Below are positions 11,628 through 21,117 of a stretch of 36,684 nt of DNA, piece after piece. The position numbers were made by a program, and so were the translations under genes. This DNA is from an uncultured Verrucomicrobiae bacterium (lineage in GTDB: Bacteria; Verrucomicrobiota; Verrucomicrobiia; Limisphaerales; JAFGQR01), in assembly GCA_963788655.1 (NCBI GenBank), contig CAWBHS010000033.1:1-36684 (forward strand), written 5' to 3'. How positions within the stretch are numbered: the first letter of the stretch is position 1; each line of letters starts with the position of its first letter. A model generated the notes under the pieces. The model was not told the origin of the DNA. It saw only the letters and a list, made by a program, of their open reading frames with translations, and did no database searches.

Positions 11628-12253
11628 AACGTGCTGTTGGCGTCTCGCCGGCAGAAATGGAAGCACCCGGAAACAGCCGAACTGCCGCCGCCACCCGAGG
11701 CCACTGAGGCGCTCGGCCTTGCTTGCGAATTCGTAAGGCCCTCTTCCGTTCGGTCTGCCAGCAGGATGCCGGCAGCACGCTGCACAACGTGCTGTTGGCG
11801 TCTCGCCGGCAGAAATGGAAGCACCCGGAAACAGCCGAACTGCCGCCGCCACCCGAGGCCACTGAGGCGCTCGGCCTTGCTTGCGAATTCGTAAGGCCCT
11901 CTTCCGTTCGGTCTGCCAGCAGGATGCCGGCAGCACGCTGCACAACGTGCTGTTGGCGTCTCGCCGGCAGAAATGGAAGCGCCGGAAACAGCCGAACTGC
12001 CGCCACCACCCGAGGCCACTGAGGCGCTCAGCCTTGCGTGCGAATTCGTAAAGCCCTCTTCCGTTCGGTCTGCCGGCAAGATGCCGGCAGCACGCTGCCC
12101 AACGTGCTGTTGGCGTCTCGCCGGCAGAAATGGAAGCGCCGGAAACAGCCGAACTCCCGCCGCCACCCGAGGCCACTGAGGCGCTCAGCCTTGCTTGCGA
12201 ATTCGTAAAGCCCTCTTCCGTTCGGTCTGCCGGCAAGATGCCGGCAGCACGTT
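11628..12253. repeat. Tandem array of four ~158-bp palindromic units (BIME/REPIN-like)
   Basis: Units start at 11628, 11786, 11944, 12101 (periods 158, 158, 157); each bounded by AACGTGCTGTTGGCGTCTCGCCGGCAGA / TCTGCCRGCARGATGCCGGCAGCACG; degenerate extra arm at 11601-11623. Confidence 0.95.
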
Positions 12254-13367
12254 AGCGCAGTTTCAGATCGTCGTAGATGGCCGTGTTAATTGCCCAAGCG
12301 CGCTGCTGGTGTCGTGGTTCGCCAGGCAGACCATTACACAGCCAGGCTACCGCGAGGTCGTCGTGCGGATCGGCAAACGCGCAGGAGGATTGCGCCCCGC
12401 TGTGGCCGAAGGTGTCGGGCGAAGCGTGCTGACCGTAACCATAAGGAACCGGTTCGTCGCCGGCCTGATGAGCGTGCAGATAAAAGCCCATTCCCCAATC
12501 CACTGGCGAGTGGATGGTTTGATCGTAAAGCCCCCTCGTTCGACGGGTGGTGACAAATTGGATGTTTTCCGGTTTCAGAATTCCTGCGACGGCGGGCCGG
12601 CCGGTTCGCGCCGCCAACAGCCACTCGTAGAACCGCCCCAATTCGCGGATCGGGCCGCGCACATTACTGCCCGGACGGCACGCGGTGGCACCGGCCGGAC
12701 TGTTCCACAGCGGGTGAGGTTTCGGGTGGCGGTGCTGCATCAGGTACAGTAAGCCCACGCGCTCGCCGTAGCGCTCGTATTCTTCTCGAGGCAAGCCAAG
12801 CCACGAATCATTCATAGTCAGCGGCAAAAAGATATTTTCCCTCGTATAACGATCGATGGTGTTCCCGGTGATGCGCCGAAGAATTTCGCTCAGCACCAAC
12901 CAACTGGCGGAACGATGGTAGCCCGCCTGCCAGCCCGGAATCCAATCCTCCTCCAACGGTGTCTCACAAATCCGGCGCAACGTCTCGTCCCAGCCGAGGT
13001 TTTCCGGAATTCTGTCCGCGGTGCGGAAACCGCCCGTGTGCGTCAACAAGTGGGCAATGGTAATGGCTTCCTTGCCGCCGGTGGCAAACTCCGGCAGGTG
13101 TTGGCATACCGGGTCGTCGAACCGCAATCGGCCCTGCTCGTGCAGTCGGGCGATGGCGACCGCTGTCACCGGTTTGCCGGCGGACAACCACAAGGTCAGC
13201 GTGTCCGGTTGCATGGCCACGCCGAGGCGCGACTCGCCAAACGCCGCGTCCACCAACGCTTGGCCGTGCCGGCTCACATACAATTGGGCGCCGCGGTGCA
13301 GGCCGTCCGCGATGCCCTGGTCCAGCAGCGCCACCGTCTGCGGCAGGACGTCGCGGGCATCGGTCAT
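12252..13367 (-). CDS. Serine hydrolase, beta-lactamase/AmpC-like family
   Basis: SxxK (LSAGKP), LLTHTGG, YHRS, FGHSG; ATG overlaps the tricorn stop (ATGA). Confidence 0.88.
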   Translation of the reverse strand: MTDARDVLPQTVALLDQGIADGLHRGAQLYVSRHGQALVDAAFGESRLGVAMQPDTLTLWLSAGKPVTAVAIARLHEQGRLRFDDPVCQHLPEFATGGKEAITIAHLLTHTGGFRTADRIPENLGWDETLRRICETPLEEDWIPGWQAGYHRSASWLVLSEILRRITGNTIDRYTRENIFLPLTMNDSWLGLPREEYERYGERVGLLYLMQHRHPKPHPLWNSPAGATACRPGSNVRGPIRELGRFYEWLLAARTGRPAVAGILKPENIQFVTTRRTRGLYDQTIHSPVDWGMGFYLHAHQAGDEPVPYGYGQHASPDTFGHSGAQSSCAFADPHDDLAVAWLCNGLPGEPRHQQRAWAINTAIYDDLKLR

Positions 13368-16300
13368 GGCTGGGCACTGGAACTTATCGTCACATTCGCC
13401 GGGCGGTCGTGAGGCTCGGCGGTGGCGGTCAGCAATTCGATGGCTTTGTCCAGTTGCGGGTCGCGATGGGCCAACCAATCGTTCGGGCTGAGCGGCACCC
13501 GCACGTCGGGTTGTTCCCCGTTGTTTTCAATGGTGGTTCCGTCGAGGCGATAGAAGCCGGTGAGCGGCATGCGGGCTTTGGTGCCGTCCACCAAACTCAG
13601 GTTGCTGGTCCAGATGACATAGCCTGGCGTCGGCATCCCGACCAATTTGGCCAGGTGCCGGGCCCGGATGGCATACGCAAAAATCTCGCCGTTCGAATAA
13701 CTGTGTTCGTTCATCAACACGATGACCGGTTTTTCCCAGGCATGATAAGGTGCCGGCTCGATCTCGCTGTCGCGCGGACGCAAGTAACCGTGCGGTTTGC
13801 GTTCGAGCCAATCGATGAGGGTGTCGGCGATGTTGCCGCCGGTATTGAACCGCACGTCAATGATGAGCCCTTCCTTGTCCGCAATTTCTTCGTAGGCCTC
13901 GCGCTCGAATTGGACCTGTTGTCGGGATTGCATCGCGGAGAGATGAAGATAGCCAATCTTCCCATGGCTTTGTTCGTTCACGTGTTGGCGCTCCTGGTCC
14001 ACCCAGTCGCTGTAGGTCACCTTTTTCCATTCCTCCGGGTTGAGCACTTTGTATTTGACGGTGCGCGCGCCTTTCTTGGTGGCGTTGGTGTTGACCAAAA
14101 ACTCGAATTCCCGATCCTGCTTGTCGTTGATGAGCCCGTAAAGTTTTTCGTCCAGCACCACATCGTGTCCGTTGATGGCGAGGACGTATTCGCCCGGGTG
14201 TATGGCCGTCTGCGGATACGACGGCGGTGTGCCGGCGGGCACATCCCGGACGCGGAGGCCCGGTCCCGCATAACCGTAATCGAACGTGAACCCGAGACTC
14301 GGCGTGACATCGGGTTTGGCGCTGCTGGCGCCGGGCGTTACCTCCGAATGCGATGCGTCCAATTCACCGACCATCATGTGCAGCACGCCGGCAAATTCAT
14401 CGTCCGTTTCGACGGCATCCAGCATGGGCCGGTATTGCTCGCGGATGGCCGCCCAATTGCGCGCGTGGAAATTGGGATCGTAAAAGCCGCGGTCGTATGC
14501 GTTCCAAAACTGCCTGAAACCGGCCTCGTGTTCCGCGAACACGTCCCGCTCGCGTTCTGCCGCAAACGTCACTTTCGAAGTGCTCTTGCTCTCGAGGCTC
14601 AGCTTGAACATTTCGCCGTTCTGAATGAAGTAGGCCTGTTTGCCGTCGCCATCGACGCGCAACGCCGCCTTGCCACCGCCGGTGGTCAGCCGCCGCGTTT
14701 CGTGGCCATCGTAGCTCACGGACCAAACATCGTTTTGCGACAGAAACACGATCAGACCCCGCGCGGTGACAGTCAGGTCGGCTTGCGGTTCCTGCCCGCT
14801 CACCTTCCGGATGCGGCTGGCGATGTCTTTGAAATCGATTGCCACTTTGACCGGCTTGGCCGGCTTCTCGAATTTCAAATCCGTGTCCACAGTGCGCACC
14901 GGTTCCGGCTGCAAGGGCAACACATACAAACCGTCTCCTTCCCGGTCGCTCTGGAAGAACAGGTATTTGCCGTCGGGCGACCACGCCGGCTCACTGTGCT
15001 GGGCGTAAAGCTGGGTCACATTTTGGGTTTGACCCCCTTCGGCCGGCACGATCCAAATGTTCCACGCGCGACTGGCGCCCCGTTGGGTGAAGGCGATCCA
15101 TTTCATGTCCGGCGACCACGCGAAACTACCACCACCCACGCCGCGAAACTGCGGTCCCGGCACGTCCGCGATCTTCCGGACGTCCTCGGTCTTCAAGTCC
15201 AGGAGAAACAAACCGCCTTTTGGCCCGGCGACCCAAAAGCCCAGTTGCTTGCCATCGGGAGAGACGCGCGGACCGGTGATATTCTCGTTGCGGTTCCAAA
15301 GCGGCTTGACCTTCCGCGACTCGAGGTCGAGTTCAAACAGGCGGGTGCTGAATTCCCGATCCGACGTGAAATACAGTTTCTTGCCGTCCGGCGACCAGGA
15401 GAAGTCCGAGTCGTCCCCCACGTAATCCGTCAACCGCCGCGCCAGGTCGGCATTGCGGCCGGCAATTCCCTTGGGCTTGTCGATGAGCACCGTCCAAATA
15501 TCGCCGCGCAGGCCAAAGGCATAGTATTTCCCATCGGGTGACGGTTCCGCTTCGGTCACGCCCCGGTTCAACGTTTCGCGCAGCACCCGGGTTTCTTTCT
15601 CGTCGGCGGAAGCATAAATGGTGAGCTTGACCGGCTGCTTGCGATGCTTGCGCATGAACCACAGATCAGCCCCATACTCGAACGCCACGTCGCCGCTCCG
15701 GCTGGCCACCGTCGGGCAGCGTACTTCGCTGCCGGTGAACGTGGTCAACGGTTCCCCTTTGCCGTGCAGATCGTAAAGCCACAAGTTGGGCGTGCGGCGG
15801 GGATTGTCCTTGAACTTGGGAATCGTGTGATCCAGCGGACTGACCGAAGGCGTCACCTCGCCAGTGGTCACGGCGACAATGTGCTTGCCGTCCGGCAGAA
15901 ACCGCGGCCATAGATGTTGGGCGCTGTTCGTGGTGAGCGGTTGGTGAACGTGCGATGCGACGTCGAGCAGCCACAATTGCGCCGCCGCCGAACCGTGATA
16001 ACGGGGGCGCGTCCAGGGAAACCCATAGCGACTATAGACGACGCGTTTGCCGTCCGGCGAATAATTGGGATTGTTCATCGCCGCATAATCCTCGGCCAGC
16101 ACCTGGCTCTGCAACGAGGCCACGTCCAGCGAATAAATCGCGTAGTTCGGCGTGTCCCGCTTGGTCCCAAACAACAGCCGTTTGCCGTCGGGGCTCCAGC
16201 CCTGGGGCGATTCCGGACTGCCGTGCCAGGTCAACTGTTGGGCTTCGCCGCCCTCGGCCGGAAGCGCGTACATGTTCCAGCCACCGTCGCGTTTGCTGGC

Positions 16301-16573
16301 AAAGGCCAGCCATGTCCCGTCGGGCGAAAACAACGGGTAAGCATCCATCTCGACGTGATGAGTCAAGGGCCGGGCGCGCCCGCCTTTTGAAGCGACCAGC
16401 CAGATGTCGCCGCGATACACGAACGCGAGCTGTTTGCCATCGGGACTGAGCGCCGGCATGCGGGCGCCGGTGATCGGCCGGGGCGGTTCATTGGTGAGTT
16501 GACCAAAAGCCGGGCCTGAGGCCATGAGAAAACCAGCAACTGTCAGGGACAGTTTTGCAGCAAGATGTGTCAT
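13364..16573 (-). CDS. Tricorn-like S41 protease (PD40 propellers, PDZ, S41 core)
   Basis: Signal peptide; repeated SPDGK; GELDASHS; GLIIDVRFNTGG; SYSNGEIF; IENNGEQPD; DPQLDKAI. Confidence 0.92.
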   Translation of the reverse strand: MTHLAAKLSLTVAGFLMASGPAFGQLTNEPPRPITGARMPALSPDGKQLAFVYRGDIWLVASKGGRARPLTHHVEMDAYPLFSPDGTWLAFASKRDGGWNMYALPAEGGEAQQLTWHGSPESPQGWSPDGKRLLFGTKRDTPNYAIYSLDVASLQSQVLAEDYAAMNNPNYSPDGKRVVYSRYGFPWTRPRYHGSAAAQLWLLDVASHVHQPLTTNSAQHLWPRFLPDGKHIVAVTTGEVTPSVSPLDHTIPKFKDNPRRTPNLWLYDLHGKGEPLTTFTGSEVRCPTVASRSGDVAFEYGADLWFMRKHRKQPVKLTIYASADEKETRVLRETLNRGVTEAEPSPDGKYYAFGLRGDIWTVLIDKPKGIAGRNADLARRLTDYVGDDSDFSWSPDGKKLYFTSDREFSTRLFELDLESRKVKPLWNRNENITGPRVSPDGKQLGFWVAGPKGGLFLLDLKTEDVRKIADVPGPQFRGVGGGSFAWSPDMKWIAFTQRGASRAWNIWIVPAEGGQTQNVTQLYAQHSEPAWSPDGKYLFFQSDREGDGLYVLPLQPEPVRTVDTDLKFEKPAKPVKVAIDFKDIASRIRKVSGQEPQADLTVTARGLIVFLSQNDVWSVSYDGHETRRLTTGGGKAALRVDGDGKQAYFIQNGEMFKLSLESKSTSKVTFAAERERDVFAEHEAGFRQFWNAYDRGFYDPNFHARNWAAIREQYRPMLDAVETDDEFAGVLHMMVGELDASHSEVTPGASSAKPDVTPSLGFTFDYGYAGPGLRVRDVPAGTPPSYPQTAIHPGEYVLAINGHDVVLDEKLYGLINDKQDREFEFLVNTNATKKGARTVKYKVLNPEEWKKVTYSDWVDQERQHVNEQSHGKIGYLHLSAMQSRQQVQFEREAYEEIADKEGLIIDVRFNTGGNIADTLIDWLERKPHGYLRPRDSEIEPAPYHAWEKPVIVLMNEHSYSNGEIFAYAIRARHLAKLVGMPTPGYVIWTSNLSLVDGTKARMPLTGFYRLDGTTIENNGEQPDVRVPLSPNDWLAHRDPQLDKAIELLTATAEPHDRPANVTISSSAQP

Positions 16574-16658
16574 CGTAAAATAATTGTGCATTTCAGTTGT
16601 AACGGCAAATCCGCGGAAAGGGAAGCCGGGAATTCCCATCGCTCAAACATCTTGGCTG

Positions 16659-16806
16659 GGGAGCATGACCGCCCCAGGCGTCGCCGGACACGCCCCGCGT
16701 CCGGCGGCGATTGCGTGGCGGTCGCCCCTGCAAAGTCGCGCCACTTGCGCTACACTTCGGCGTTTTCCGCGAGGCGCGAAAAACAGCGTCCGAGGCGGGT
16801 GCGCTC
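16659..16806. repeat. Degenerate REP doublet (GGGAGCGC.. family); right arm ends at the intron junction
   Basis: Right arm ..CGAGGCGCG..GCGTCCGAGGCGGGTGCGCTC resembles the reverse complement of 32072-32120 minus its last CC. Confidence 0.6.
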
Positions 16807-17116
16807 GTGCGCCTGCGAAGGTGTACACACCGTGGGGTTAAAGTCCCCGCCAAGCGGAACATGCACTCGCCTGAAAACCGAAGGCTACTGCGTCGTGGCA
16901 ACACGGGGTGGGAAGCTGCCGGAGGTGAACAACCCGACCGTAACAACGTGACCAACCCAACAGGAATCCGATTCGGCCAGACCGACTGGCGAGCGTGCGA
17001 GCGCTGTTGCGAAGCCCAGGCCAAGACCTTGATGGGAAGTACTCCTTCTGTTGCCGCAAGGCCACAGGGTCCGCTGGCCGAAGACCGCTTCAAGGAGGCC
17101 CTTCAACGAGTGGATC
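16807..17116 (+). mobile_element. Group II intron 5' remnant (domain I only; no RT ORF or D5/D6 seen)
   Basis: Starts GTGCG; hairpin GTGCGCC/GGTGTAC; GGGGTTAAAGTCCCC; GTG-GCAA-CAC tetraloop; GGAAGC..GGTGAAC; GGCGAGCGTGC..GCGAAGCC; GCCGAAG..GAGTGGAT, colinear with domain I of compact group II introns as I recall them. Confidence 0.65.
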
Positions 17117-17352
17117 TATATTACGCCAACGCCTACTTGTGGGCGATTTGGCTTACCCCTCCGGCCGACGCCCATGCATTGACCAACCGCCCTCCGTTGA
17201 TCCAACCTGGCAGTGGCCGGGATGGCTTTGACTCACTGGATGGGTATCGGTTGCGGAACACCGCCGGTTTTCCCTGTGGCAGGTTGATTCCCAATGCCGG
17301 GAGCCGGGATTTCTTCGGCAACGCGCTGCCGGTGAATGAGCCGCCGACGTAA
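17117..17352 (+). pseudogene. C-terminal remnant of a probable right-handed beta-helix protein
   Basis: DAHALT..P.LIQPGSGRDGFDSLDGYRL..GRLIPNAGSRDFFGN resembles beta-helix protein tails; no start of its own. Confidence 0.5.
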
Positions 17353-17412
17353 GGAGGCGGATTCGCCAACGGCAACAAGCCAAACGGTCCACCTTCTCAC
17401 GTCGGTGGCTAC
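17339..17412. repeat. GTAG-type REP doublet (GTAGCCGCCGACGT family)
   Basis: AGCCGCCGACGTAAGGAGGCGGA / TCCACCTTCTCACGTCGGTGGCTAC imperfect inverted arms. Confidence 0.75.
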
Positions 17413-17513
17413 AGGTCTGAGGACTTTTACAACACGCTCGGAGGGAACCGCTGCGAGACGGAGACTGGAAATCATGATTGAGCCGGAGGGGGAGGTTCAC
17501 GTAGCTTTTCGGC

Positions 17514-17974
17514 GTGCGTGTTGTTGCTCAGCTCATTTTGGTGTTGGCTATCTGGTTCGGTGCGAGCCCGGTTGCGGTTGCGGCTTCCGGGCGCATCATC
17601 AAGGTCTTGCCGCAATTTCTCGACTTGAAGGGAAGGCACACGCTTTCTCCCAGTCTGTACGACCGGGATGCTTACCAAGCCCACCTGCGTACGCATCCGG
17701 AAGAACGTTCCGGGCTGCGGATTGCCGTGCAGTGGAAATCGACCGTGCCCGGGCAATACAAACTGCGCCTCGAATTGCGGGGACGCCACGAAAAGGACTC
17801 CACCACCGTCATTCGAGAAAGCAGTGAACGTAAACGTGGGCTGTTCAGCAATTGGACTTACCTGCTGCTGGAGGGGGGAGAGAGTACAAGGCCTTTGGCG
17901 ACTTGACCGCTTGGCGCGCGACGCTATGGAACGGCACCACCCTGGTCTCCGAGCAGAAGTCATTTTTGTGGTAG
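17514..17974 (+). CDS. Secreted hypothetical protein (apparent frameshift in G run ~17875)
   Basis: Signal peptide, IIKVLPQFLDLKGRHTLSPSLYDRDAYQ; plausible tail EYKAFGDLTAWRATLW..EQKSFLW* in another frame. Confidence 0.7.
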
Positions 17975-18006
17975 AGCGGCACGCGGTGGGATATTCGCCG
18001 AACGCC

Positions 18007-19149
18007 TCAAATCAGGAATACTGACACAAGTAGCTCGGAGATTTTTGACTCGGCCACTTGAACGCCAAGCCCGGGTCCAGCCGGCACGGACAATTCCCCA
18101 TTCACAACCTCGAACGGCTGCTCCAGCAACGAGCCCTCGAGGAACTGCGGGCCATTGAGTGCGGCTGGATATTCGAGACCGTAAGCGCCGTAAAGCGCCA
18201 GCGAAGCCGCGAGTGAGACGTCCGGATCAGTCAAACCGCTGCCCAGAAACATCAAGCCCCGGTCCAACACTATTTCGACCTGCCGCCGAGCTTCGGTGAG
18301 TCCACCACAACGCGCCGGTTTCATGGCTACACCGTCGAGCAAGCCCAGTTGAATGAACTCCTCCAATTCCACGTGCGACACGATCCCTTCATCCATTATG
18401 ATGGGCAAGGCGCCTTGTTGTTTGAGCTGACGATAACCGCTCAGCCGATTGGCCGGCAACGGTTGCTCCAGCACTGGCACGCCCAAATCGGCCAACCGCG
18501 GCGCAACGGCCAACGCGGTGCTTTCGTCGTAACCGCCATTGGCATCGGCCCACAGAAAACCATCGGGAACCAGCCGCTTCACAATCCGGCACAGCTCACA
18601 ATCGAAGGCCGGGTCCGGCGCCACCTTCACGTTGAAATGCCGGTAGCCTCGTGCGCGGCCTTGGGCCACCAAATCCTCGACTTCGTCCAGCGTGCGGGGA
18701 TTGAGCGTCCAACTCAAGGGAAGGCTCGCGCGGCCTTGGCCTTGTCGCCCCCAACGTTCTGGTGCGGTTTGGCCGAGCAGTTTGCCCGTCAAATCAAACA
18801 GCGCCAGATCAAGACCGGCTTTGCAAATCGGCTGGCCAGTTGAGAAGGAAGGCGCCACGAACAAGCCCATCGCCGCGTGAATGGCGTCTAGGTCGAAGGG
18901 ATCGCGGCCAATCAACTGAGGAGCCAGATAACGTTGGATGGTCGATTGCACTGTCTCCAATGTTTCGTAACTCCAGCGCGGTGTGGGCACGCTCTGGCCC
19001 CACCCGACCGCGCCGTTGTCGGCTGTGATTTTGACCAGTACCGCTTGGCGGCCCAAGGGTTGACCGCCCGGTCCTTCGAAAAACTTGAAACGTCCAACCG
19101 TTGGATATCGCAGCGGAAACGTTTCGACTTGGGCAATGATGGTGTTCAC
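18007..19149 (-). CDS. Mandelate racemase/muconate lactonizing enzyme (enolase superfamily) protein
   Basis: VLVKITAD.G.VGWG, AGLDLALFDL, NVK, WADANGGY, LEQP, MDE, MKPARCGG, VPAGPGLG; GTG start inferred. Confidence 0.88.
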   Translation of the reverse strand: MNTIIAQVETFPLRYPTVGRFKFFEGPGGQPLGRQAVLVKITADNGAVGWGQSVPTPRWSYETLETVQSTIQRYLAPQLIGRDPFDLDAIHAAMGLFVAPSFSTGQPICKAGLDLALFDLTGKLLGQTAPERWGRQGQGRASLPLSWTLNPRTLDEVEDLVAQGRARGYRHFNVKVAPDPAFDCELCRIVKRLVPDGFLWADANGGYDESTALAVAPRLADLGVPVLEQPLPANRLSGYRQLKQQGALPIIMDEGIVSHVELEEFIQLGLLDGVAMKPARCGGLTEARRQVEIVLDRGLMFLGSGLTDPDVSLAASLALYGAYGLEYPAALNGPQFLEGSLLEQPFEVVNGELSVPAGPGLGVQVAESKISELLVSVFLI

Positions 19150-19193
19150 AGGGATAAAATGCGGATTGAAATTGGCGGCATTTGGCAGAGTTT

Positions 19194-19496
19194 TTAGAAT
19201 CCACTCCGATTTATTCGGTGCGACGGTACTGGCCATGAGACTTCCGCCAATGGCTTCATTTGATCGGCTCGCGGCAGCCCTGCGGCTGGAATATTTCGCA
19301 CAACGGCGATCTGGAAGTTGGCGCCGGCGCCGATGTCCAAGTCCAGTTCTTGCGTTAGCCACTCATCGGTCCACGTCTGGCCTGGTGGCTTCGTGATCTC
19401 GAACCGGGCCAGTTCAGCGGCGGGCAAGGACATAGCGTTCCCCACCGCCGCCAAGGCGACCAGGCAAACCCAACGGACTGTGGAGCACGGATTCAT
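19194..19496 (-). CDS. Short signal-peptide ORF, possibly the N-terminal fragment of a larger protein
   Basis: MNPCSTVRWVCLVALAAVGNAMSLPAAE signal-like start followed by ~70 aa. Confidence 0.4.
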   Translation of the reverse strand: MNPCSTVRWVCLVALAAVGNAMSLPAAELARFEITKPPGQTWTDEWLTQELDLDIGAGANFQIAVVRNIPAAGLPRADQMKPLAEVSWPVPSHRINRSGF

Positions 19497-19735
19497 GCGC
19501 GGCAGTGTAAAATAGGATTCCTGACCCGCAAATTCAAAATGACTACTATTGCGTCGGCGTCGCCAACCTTGATTGTTGGTGATGTTCGTACCCGCACAGC
19601 GTTTGGAGCGCAGAGCTTGCTTCCACTTTCGGTTGTCGCAGAACCTTTGAAGAAGATGGCGCACGCAAGCATTTGCCAGTCACTCTTCGGTCAAAAGCGC
19701 CGGCAAGCCGGGCGCATCTCCAAACGCGGACGCGG

Positions 19736-19781
19736 CGGACGGCGCCGTTATGGCACGGACGGCGCCGTTATGGCACGGACG
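19736..19781. repeat. Exact 20-bp tandem duplication
   Basis: GGCGCCGTTATGGCACGGAC at 19741-19760 and 19761-19780. Confidence 0.9.
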
Positions 19782-19950
19782 CTCATCACCCTCCCTCAGC
19801 CAATCAAACCGAGCAGCCCGGTGCGATCGAGCTTTCGATCTGATTCGGTCCTCATGACACCGTTCGATCTGCCGGCAGCACGTTGGACCCTGCGGTACGA
19901 TGTTCGAATTAAGGTTTACTTTTCGGGGCCGACTTGAGTAAGCTTTGGCC

Positions 19951-20355
19951 ATGTCTGAGTTCATTCAATACGTAAACCATGGCGCGTCCGTGATCACTCC
20001 CGGCGTGGTGGACAAGTTGTTGCACCACCTGCCGTTTTGGAAGGCCGAGTTCACGCAAATCAACGCGCCCAAGTATCCGCATCTGGTGGACCAGCTTGAG
20101 TTCCTCGCCAATGCCGTCGAAGATTTCGCCGAAGGCGCGTATAAAGATCTTTCCTATGTTGCTTTTGCGGGTGCCGTTTTCGCGCTGACCTATGCCCACA
20201 AGAAGTTTGACATCATTCCCGACATCCTGCCGGACATGGGCCGGGCCGATGATTCCAGCGTGGTGCGGGCCGTGTTGATTCAACACGAGAAGACTTTCGC
20301 GAAGTACGCCGAAACCCAAGGCTTGAATTGGAGCAAAATCACCAGCGATCCGTAA
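19951..20355 (+). CDS. YkvA/DUF1232 family protein
   Basis: ALTY....DIIPDILPDMGRADD motif. Confidence 0.8.
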   Translation: MSEFIQYVNHGASVITPGVVDKLLHHLPFWKAEFTQINAPKYPHLVDQLEFLANAVEDFAEGAYKDLSYVAFAGAVFALTYAHKKFDIIPDILPDMGRADDSSVVRAVLIQHEKTFAKYAETQGLNWSKITSDP

Positions 20356-20478
20356 CGACCTGCTTCAACAAATGGCCACCGACTGAAGGAGGCTCATTTC
20401 TAGTGTAAGAATTGGGCCAACGGCCCCCAGCTTCGAGCCGGTCGGAGTCGAGCCGGAGTTGCCCGTGCCCTGTTTGAG

Positions 20479-20652
20479 GGTAGGGCGAGACTCCGTCGAG
20501 CCCTGACTTCTCCGCCGTGCATTCGAATCTCCCAAACCCGACCAAAGGAAGATCCATGACGTTCGATTCATCGAAGGCTTCCCAGCGGTTCCGGTTATGG
20601 GAAATTGGCAACGATGCGGAGAAATTGGGGCTCGACGGAGTCTCGCCCTACC
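20479..20652. repeat. GTAG-type REP doublet with perfect 25-bp arms
   Basis: GGTAGGGCGAGACTCCGTCGAGCCC (20479-20503) / GGGCTCGACGGAGTCTCGCCCTACC (20628-20652). Confidence 0.9.
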
Positions 20653-21117
20653 AAGTGGTGGTCCGCGCCGGATTCGGCGACGGCAACGCCCACCGCGCAC
20701 CCGTTGGAACGGCATCCCTAAAAAAGAACGGGCGCCACCACAGCACCCGTTCAACCCAAACAACCAAACAGAATCCCCTTTTCCTCCCGCCGACAGGCCC
20801 CGTTCAATTGCGGCCAGCGTGCTTTCGCGACGCGCCGGCCATCATTTCCACGCCCGTCAGTTGAGAATGAGACGTAAGCCGGCGGCGATTATTCAAACAA
20901 AGGTTTGCCGATAAGAGTGCTCCGGAGGGCTTCTGAATATTCCGGTTTGGAGTCCGGCCTTGAGCTGGCCTGGCGCCCAAACTTTTCGAAAGCGGCCCTC
21001 CGAGCCTGACGTGTTTCCAGTCGGGCGATTTTGCAGAAGGGCTTCGCCAATCCGCTGTCGTCAAGCCTCTGGATTCTTCCTGTTTGCTATCCGTCGGCAG
21101 ACCGTTATTTTTTCTGC

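Noticed and set aside
11330..12236. Several ORFs across the tandem array
   Set aside because: Repetitive translations in many frames on both strands; 158 is not a multiple of 3
11628..12253. CRISPR array
   Set aside because: Intervening segments are ~100 bp and nearly identical, not unique spacers; arms are inverted; no cas genes
13409..15541. 710-aa + strand ORF
   Set aside because: Antisense shadow of the tricorn gene in GC-rich DNA; no motifs
16807..17116. tmRNA, 6S or RNase P RNA
   Set aside because: No tRNA-like ends, tag peptide or P4 motifs; group II domain I fits better
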